This document shows positions 56,301 through 64,000 of a stretch of DNA of 64,000 nucleotides, in pieces (positions within the stretch are counted from its first letter, which is position 1; each line of letters opens with the position of its first letter). Below the pieces are notes generated by a model. It searched no databases. It saw only the letters and a list, made by a program, of their open reading frames with translations, and was not told the origin of the DNA. Position numbers and translations under genes: made by a program. This DNA is from Octopus vulgaris. Its lineage: Eukaryota. The DNA is taken from positions 5,394,001-5,458,000 of the forward strand of contig OX597827.1 of assembly GCA_951406725.2 (NCBI GenBank), written 5' to 3'.

Positions 56301-57701
56301 ACTTCTCAACCATATGGTTTCTGGTTCAGTCCTAATGGATGACACCTTGGACCAGTGTCTTCTGCAATATCTCCAGGCCAAACAGTGCTTTGTGAGTGAT
56401 GAAAACTATGTGGAATCCCATCATGTATATATGTGTGTGTATGCATTATGTCTCTTTGTGGTTGTGGTGTTCTGCTGCCACCGCTTGAAAATCGATTTTG
56501 GTTTGTTTATGTCCCAGTAACTTAATGTTTTGCCAACAAAGACCAACAGAGTAAATACTAGTGTTGATTTGTTCACCTAAACATGTCAAAGTCGTGCCCC
56601 AGCATGGCCACAGTCCAGTTACTGAAACAAGTAAAAGATAATCACAGTTGATCAATGTTTTTGTAACTCACTATATTACCTAAATGAGAAATTGCTGTAT
56701 TTCTACGTTATGTATCTCAGATTGCATTAATTCACATGTCAAAACAGAAACGATTCTGAGATGGTAGGGAAAAAATTGTTGGCATAGCAATTGTTGTTGA
56801 GCCCTTGATCAATCCTGATTTGACTTACTTATTATTAAAGGTATTCCATTCTCTTTTCCTAATGAACATGGCACCCAGAAGAACATTATCCAGTTATGCA
56901 ATATTTCTTTTTTGTAGTGGTCATATAGTATCTATTTATGGTAATGTGGGCTGAACTTGTAAAAATTGAACCAGAGACTCAGTACATCACCAATGATGAA
57001 ACAAATTCGTATCCTTTAGGCCTGTTGTTCATCACTTTATTGCCACATCTGCCATTTTATTTAATCTTTTTAATTAACCCACCTTAGACCACTTATATTA
57101 AAATGCACATCACATCACAAGATTTTAATTAGGCAACATTAACACAATATGTATTTGTGCTGGTGCCATATAAAAATTACACAGTACACCCTGTTTAGTG
57201 GTTGGCATTAGAAAGAGCATCCAGCCTTAGAACATCATACTAAAGCATAGTTTCTGTTGCAGATATTGGAGCTTAGCACAGTGTTCTAGCTCTCCAGCTC
57301 CTGTTGACCTGTCCAGCTCATGCCATTATATTAAATAATTATGATGGCATTATACCTTGCTTTGGACCCTCAACTCTTGTGGGAACCGAAGAAGTGCTGT
57401 CATGGCATATGATGCACCTTGTGCATTTTTTGACCTGGCGGACTTCACTCATTCCTGGATTAACCTCACTTGGTTTCTTCCAGAAACAGCAAAAGGGAAT
57501 TTGAGAATCAACCCTAGCATAGGAATGGCGCAATATCCGTTGATCCTCAAACGGACAAAAGGTGAAGCTGACTTTGCTGTGATCTGAACTCAGTGTGCAA
57601 AAATCTAGAACAAATATCACGATGCACATTAACCAATACTTTAATGACTTTGCCAATTCCCTACTTTCTGCACTAATACACACACACACACACATGTATA
57701 T

Positions 57702-57732
<31 letters not shown>

Positions 57733-59941
57733 ATGTTTGAATATATTTATTATATATATGTATGTATGTATGTATATATACATATATATATATGTGTGTG
57801 CGTGCGTGTGTGTGTGTATGTATGTATGTATGCATGCATGTATATATATATATTATAAATATGTATGTGTATGCATGTATATATTTATGTATATATATAT
57901 ATTTATATAAATATTGTTATATTTCGGAATGGTCATTTTGCCAGTTTAGCCAATAAACATACTATTTATATAAAGTTAGGGATATTTTGGAGAACCACTC
58001 CAAACACGTTCATTTTACTGAATACAAAGTAGAAAACACAAAGGCATTAGGAATTCAAAATATAGTCACAAAAGAGTGTTAAAGGAGAGAAATGTGCAGT
58101 TATTAAGTATAAATATTGCTAGTTCAGGGCATGGTAAAATGATTATTGAGCTGATTGTTATAGTCTGGGATTTAATATTTAGAGCTAAATAGCTGAAGTC
58201 ATTTATAATATATCAGCAACAACCAGTAGGAAGAGATTTCATTCTAAAAATATAGATTGTATTTTTGATCATTAGATTTTAAAAAACAGATAGCAAATAG
58301 TGAAGGGGAAGAAAAAAAAATGAACAAAGCTAACTAGCTGCTTTGTGGTGGGGGAAAAAAAACGTTATTTCTTTTTTGAAAGCTAAATGTTTCTGTAACA
58401 AGTTTATAAAGCAGACATGAATTGTTTGAAAATTCTGAACTGAATTGTTGGAAATTGTGAGCAGAAAAATTTTTGCAAAGAGAGAACAGTTTGAGTTTTA
58501 TGTTTGAGAGAAAATAGAGCTTGGCTCATATTGAGTACAAGTAGAGTTATGTTTTTGACGGTGAAAGCAGATAAAAGTTGTCAGGATCTCATTAAACGAG
58601 ATTGAAATCATTGCTCACGAATATAGCATTGGAGCACATATCCATAATAAGGATGTAAGGAGAGAGGCGAATTGGGATTTTATGGCAAGTGTAGTGTTAT
58701 GGGGAATGGGTGGTCATGATGGTAAAAGAGTGAATGAGGTTATTAGTAGCTATCTTCCTGTGCACGCATAGCAGGCTGGGTAATTATCTTACAGGGTTGT
58801 AAAGCTAAAGAAAGTACACATGCAAATAACTGTTTGTAGTGTTTTTACTTTTCTTTTCTTTTCTTTGCTATTTCTATTTACAGTACTTTGAATGTGTAAA
58901 AATATTAACAGAATCTGCCAACAATAAAATTGTCTTGTGACTAAGGTAGTTTTTTTTTTCTTTCTTTTTCTTTGTATCATAAAAAAAAAAGTGGAGGGAA
59001 ACAAAAAATATAAACAGCAAAACAACAAAAAACAAAAAAAATTACAACATGTAAATGAGAAAAAGAACAGTTTGCTGACTTGCCAAAGAAAAGTGATATG
59101 ATGACATTGAATGAAATAATGATAACAATAACAACAACAACGGCAATAACAACAGCTACAATAATAACTACGATGATGATGATGATGAAAATAATAATAA
59201 TAAGAAGAACAACAACAACAACAATCACCATCATGATAATGGAGTGGTGTGGTTAGTAAATAGAGTACTGAGGTCTTTGTGATTGGAGATATCGCTATGT
59301 TTCTGGAGAAACAACATATAAAGTTTCCGTATCAGAACAGGCAACAGCATTCCCAATCAGTAAACCATGTGTAAGTACAAAAATAATGATACACTTGTTC
59401 GAGTTCAGGGTGTGTTTCACACATGCATACATATACACTCACATTTGCGCAATCGTATATAGATAAATACAAACACATAAACAAACAAAAGAAGTATATA
59501 AAGCAACTAGAAAAATGTATAATAAAATACAGTTATCTCGAGTAAAGAATTTGTTGTGTTGTTTTTTTATGTTTGCTTCGGAGTTTGTAATATATCTGAG
59601 TTGCAGAGGAAAGAAGAAAAGAAAAGAAAAACATTTAAGAATATAACAAAAGAGAATTTGGAACCCCCTAATGTGAATTCTTCTTCAATACATAATAGGT
59701 AAACAATAGAAAATATGAAAACTGGTTGGAGCTGAAAAATTACCAAAAGAACTGATGAGGCAAAAATGATAGGATGGTGAGAGGAACATTATAAGGAAAA
59801 TATGCTGCAAAAACATAAAAGGAGGAATATAAAGAAGAAATCAGTAATTCTTCAGGAGCTTGCTAAAATAGAGAGTTGTCCTTTGGTGCACTGTTTGTTA
59901 GTGGGGGCAAAGTTAAGTCAACCAAATACTGCTGACTAAAT

Positions 59942-59993
<52 letters not shown>

Positions 59994-60575
59994 GAGAGAC
60001 AGACAGACAGACAGCGGCCAATATAGATATTATTGTCTCTTTATATGTTTAGTATTTACATCACCATAAAAATAGCTAATGGAAGAAAATTATTTCCATT
60101 GGGTAGCCCTGCCCAGTTCTGCTTCAGCAAACCTAACGAGGATCTAGCAAAATGCTGAACTGATCATGGATAAGAACTAATCATGGAAGTCTATGTTGAG
60201 TGTATATAGTATCTTTTATATTGTAGGTCACCCCTTTATGGAGCTAGAAGAAAATGTCAGAGAAAATAGTATTTAAGGAACACTGATCATATAAGGCATT
60301 CAGTTAGTGGGTGATTTTAACTCTGGTCATTTTGTCAATATTTTGAACTTATTATTCTGAAATTTAAGACATGCAGCAATATGCCAGTACGATTTTAAAA
60401 GTTTATAGGACGTTTGAGCTTTTTAGATTCCACATAAATGATTCAAAAGTGGGAGACGATGAAAAAACAGAAGTTGCAGTTATTACACACACACACACAT
60501 CCATACACACATTGTATATATGTATATATATATGTATGTATAATGTGTGTATGCATGTGTGTGTGTATATATGTA

Positions 60576-60848
<273 letters not shown>

Positions 60849-61344
60849 TCTTTATTGCCCACAAGGGGGCAAACAAAGACAGACAAAGGGATTAAATCGA
60901 TTACATCGACCCCAGTACGTAACTTTATTTATCGACCCCGAAAGGATGAAAGGCAAAGTTGAATGAATGACTTTGCTAAGAAGTTTGCTTTCCAACCACG
61001 ACTTCAGATTTGACAATGTGTGTGTGTGTGTTTGTGTGTATTTGGTGTAGGTGAAATAAACATCAAAGATGCTTTGGTCCATACAGAAACTGCAGGATTT
61101 ACTTAAAGATATTGCAAACACTTCTGATGTTGACTAAAACTATTGCTATATTGAAAACCCTTGTGCATTTTCAGCAGCTATCTCTGAGTCATAAGCATTT
61201 CACCCTCTAACCCTTACTGTTTCCTTGAATGGGGTAGCAAGGTGTGAATTAGCCTTTACTGACAGAAAGCTTCTATCTGTTGTCTCTTATCAACCACAAC
61301 AACCTTGATAGAAACTGTGGAAGCCTGTTGTGTGAGTATATATC

Positions 61345-62110
61345 ATCATCATCATTATCACCATCATCATCAACATTTAATATCTGTTTTCCATGCCGGC
61401 ATGGGTTGGGCAGACTGACTGGAGCTGGTAAGGGAGCGAGCTGGCAGAAACATTAGCATGCTGGGCGAAATGCTTAGCCAAGGTCGACTTTGCCTTTCAT
61501 CCTTTCGGGGTTGATAAATTAAGCGCCAGTTACGCATTGGGGTCAATGTAATCGACTTAATCCGTTTGTCTGTCCTTGTTTGTCTCTTCTGTATTTAGCC
61601 CCTTGTGGGTAATAAAGAAATAAGACTGACTGGAGCTGGTAAGGTCAGGGGCTATACCAGGCTCCATAGTCTGTTCTGGTATGGTTTCTACTGCTGGATT
61701 CCCTTCCTAACACCAACCACTCCATAGAGTGTACTGGGTGCTTTTAACATGGCACCAGCACAAGTGCATTTTATGTGGCACCAGAACTGGTATCAATTCT
61801 GCTATGGTGAGCAGTTTTTCTTAAGTACAACAATGCACCAGATATTTCAGTCCTTAGTCATCTCCTTTGAGATTGGCCTTCAACCCTTCATCCCATGTCT
61901 TCCTGGGTTTCCCTCTTCCACAAGTTCCATCTGTTTTAAGTGATCATCACTTCTGTTTACAACTGTCTACATCCATCCACATCACATGACCAAACCAGCA
62001 CAGTCTTCTCTCTTGCAAACTGCATTAGATTCCTCCTTTGCCCAGCTTTTCCCTCAAAACTCCAACACTCTGTCACACATGTACACTGACGATGTACATC
62101 CAGCAGAGTA
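61345..62110 (-). mobile_element. RTE-type LINE 3' fragment containing a nested family B SINE (61434-61622, plus)
   Basis: (CAT)n tail and RTE 3' motifs; SINE TSD AGACTGACTGGAGCTGGTAAGG at 61412-61433 and 61623-61644. Confidence 0.8.
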
Positions 62111-62686
62111 TACTAGCTGTAGAAATGTGTATATGTTTGTGTTCATCCCCTTCACCTTGACAATTAGTGCTCGTTGGTTTGTTTATGTCCCTTTAACTTA
62201 GTGGTTAAAAGCCTGATAGAATAAGTATCAAACTTAAAAGTACTGGTGTCAGTTTGTTTGTTTACAACTTTGAAGGTAGCGCTCCAGTATGGCCGCAATC
62301 TAATGACTGAAACAAGTAAAAACAAAGATAAAAAACAGTACAGCGAAGAAAATGGTAAAGTACCAAGTACCGAGTAAATGGTGGAGGACTAAGCTAAACA
62401 GTAGTACATTTAGAAAATTGGAAACACAGCAGGAAAATGGCAAAGCTTTCTGCAAAATAGCGAAAGGCTAAGAAAAATAAATAGTTGCGCAACAACAACA
62501 AAAATGATAAAACACCAAGAACAAAAGCTGGGGCAATAAGAGAATATGGTGAGACAGTAAGGAAAGTGATGAAGATGCACAAAAAACAACAAAATGAGGG
62601 AAAGAAATGCTGAAGAAGCAATGAAAATATAACGAAAATGCGAAAAATGTTGAAGTAGAATTTTGCTTCTTCCCTTTTAGACTCAA

Positions 62687-63086
62687 CTAGCAGTATCGCC
62701 CGGCGTTGCTCAGGTTTGTAAGGGAAATAACTATATAAACATTTTTAGAGAGTTATAGCCAAAAAATAGCAAAAAAATGCATTAAAAATGGAAAAAAAAA
62801 TGATGGTAAATTTTTTTTTAAATCGTTGACTCATCGTAGACATTTTAGAGAGTTACTTCCTTATATAATAGCGAAAAAATGCATTAAAATGAAAAAAAAT
62901 TATGGTAAATTTTTTTTTAAATCGTAGAATCATCGTAGACGCGCGCTAATACCAAGAAGGGCTCGATATGAATCACGACTATAAGATACCCACTTTTGGT
63001 TAAACTGCACCGCAAAATATGGGAGTAGTTAGGAATCTAAATCGTAGGAGACAGACACACAACCTTACTTTTATATATAAAGAAGA
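62687..63086 (-). mobile_element. Non-autonomous Helitron with a ~100-bp internal duplication
   Basis: CTAG end with hairpin; near-identical to 12726-13024 but with a second TTTTAGAGAGTT...ATCGTAGA unit. Confidence 0.85.
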
Positions 63087-63725
63087 TATTCAAATGTTAA
63101 TTTTCTCACTCAGTATTGACAAACTATGTACCAGTAATATATTGAGATTTCAGGAAGTATCACTTGATCATTCAGCCTACTAGAAATAGCAGCCAAATCT
63201 CCTTAAATTGCATTCTGTCATCTTAAAGAAAAGTAAAACGTTAGGTTTTGGATTAAGTGCTCTTACATATTTAGTCAGATAAGAGATAGGATAGGCCTGG
63301 TTGGAACACCTTTGATCATAGGTATGCCTGATCATTGCTATCCTGGGGCTAAATAAGATATAAGTTCTACAAAAAAAAAATATTGACCATACACCTTATC
63401 AAAATAAGTCTAAGTTGTTTTGTTTGATAAGTAAATAAATAATGTAAATGTGAAAAACTGTCTGAGCATGAGTGAATTCAGAAGATGATTGCTGTAATTG
63501 ACTGCTTCAAATACAATATATGTGTGTGTATGTATATATAATGTATATATAATGTATATATATAATGTATATACATGTGTATGTATACATTATATGAATA
63601 TATGTGTGTATACAAACATATATATATTTACATGTATATGTATGTGTGTGTGTTTGTGTGTATAATGAGTATATACATATGCATGTATGTGTGTATAATA
63701 TAATATATATATATATATATACATA

Positions 63726-63762
<37 letters not shown>

Positions 63763-64000
63763 ACACTATTACAATATTCAAACATAAAGTACTTAGATCA
63801 AAGCACAAAAGTTTAAGCCTGGTGGGGACAAGTGGCAATATATACTATTCTGCAGGACTATATATACACACTGAAGAAAAAGAACATGACTTTATACTGC
63901 ATTTGGCTGAATTGATAGATGATGTTGATACAGTTGTGGCGGTGGTGTTGGTGGTGGTGGTGTTGGGAAGAGAAGGATTAAGGAAAAGCTAGTTATTGTG

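Overview
AT-rich, microsatellite- and transposon-dense eukaryotic DNA. The repeat families and protocadherin type point to an octopod cephalopod (Octopus-like); this is inference. The window covers part of a head-to-tail protocadherin array on the minus strand. Gene B has a predicted CCAAT/TATA promoter (~43.83-44.03 kb), a short non-coding exon 1 (~43757-43828), an 8.3 kb intron, and one large exon (32925-35445) encoding signal peptide, six cadherin repeats, TM helix and proximal tail, ending at a CAG|GTAAGT phase-0 donor. Its canonical downstream exons were not found in the remaining ~33 kb. The terminal coding exon of an upstream paralogue (gene A) lies at 49437-49723. Almost all other ORFs in the track are microsatellite or TE artefacts. 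Recognisable TEs include several tRNA-derived SINE families, RTE/CR1/RLE-type LINE relics, two Tc1/mariner relics, TTAA MITEs, a hAT-type element and two Helitron-type elements. The most notable observations are two small fold-back insertions carrying a variant minimal hammerhead-like motif, a perfect 36-bp hairpin, inverted SINE pairs (possible ADAR substrates) and a candidate antisense non-coding exon. All calls were made by eye; no searches were run.
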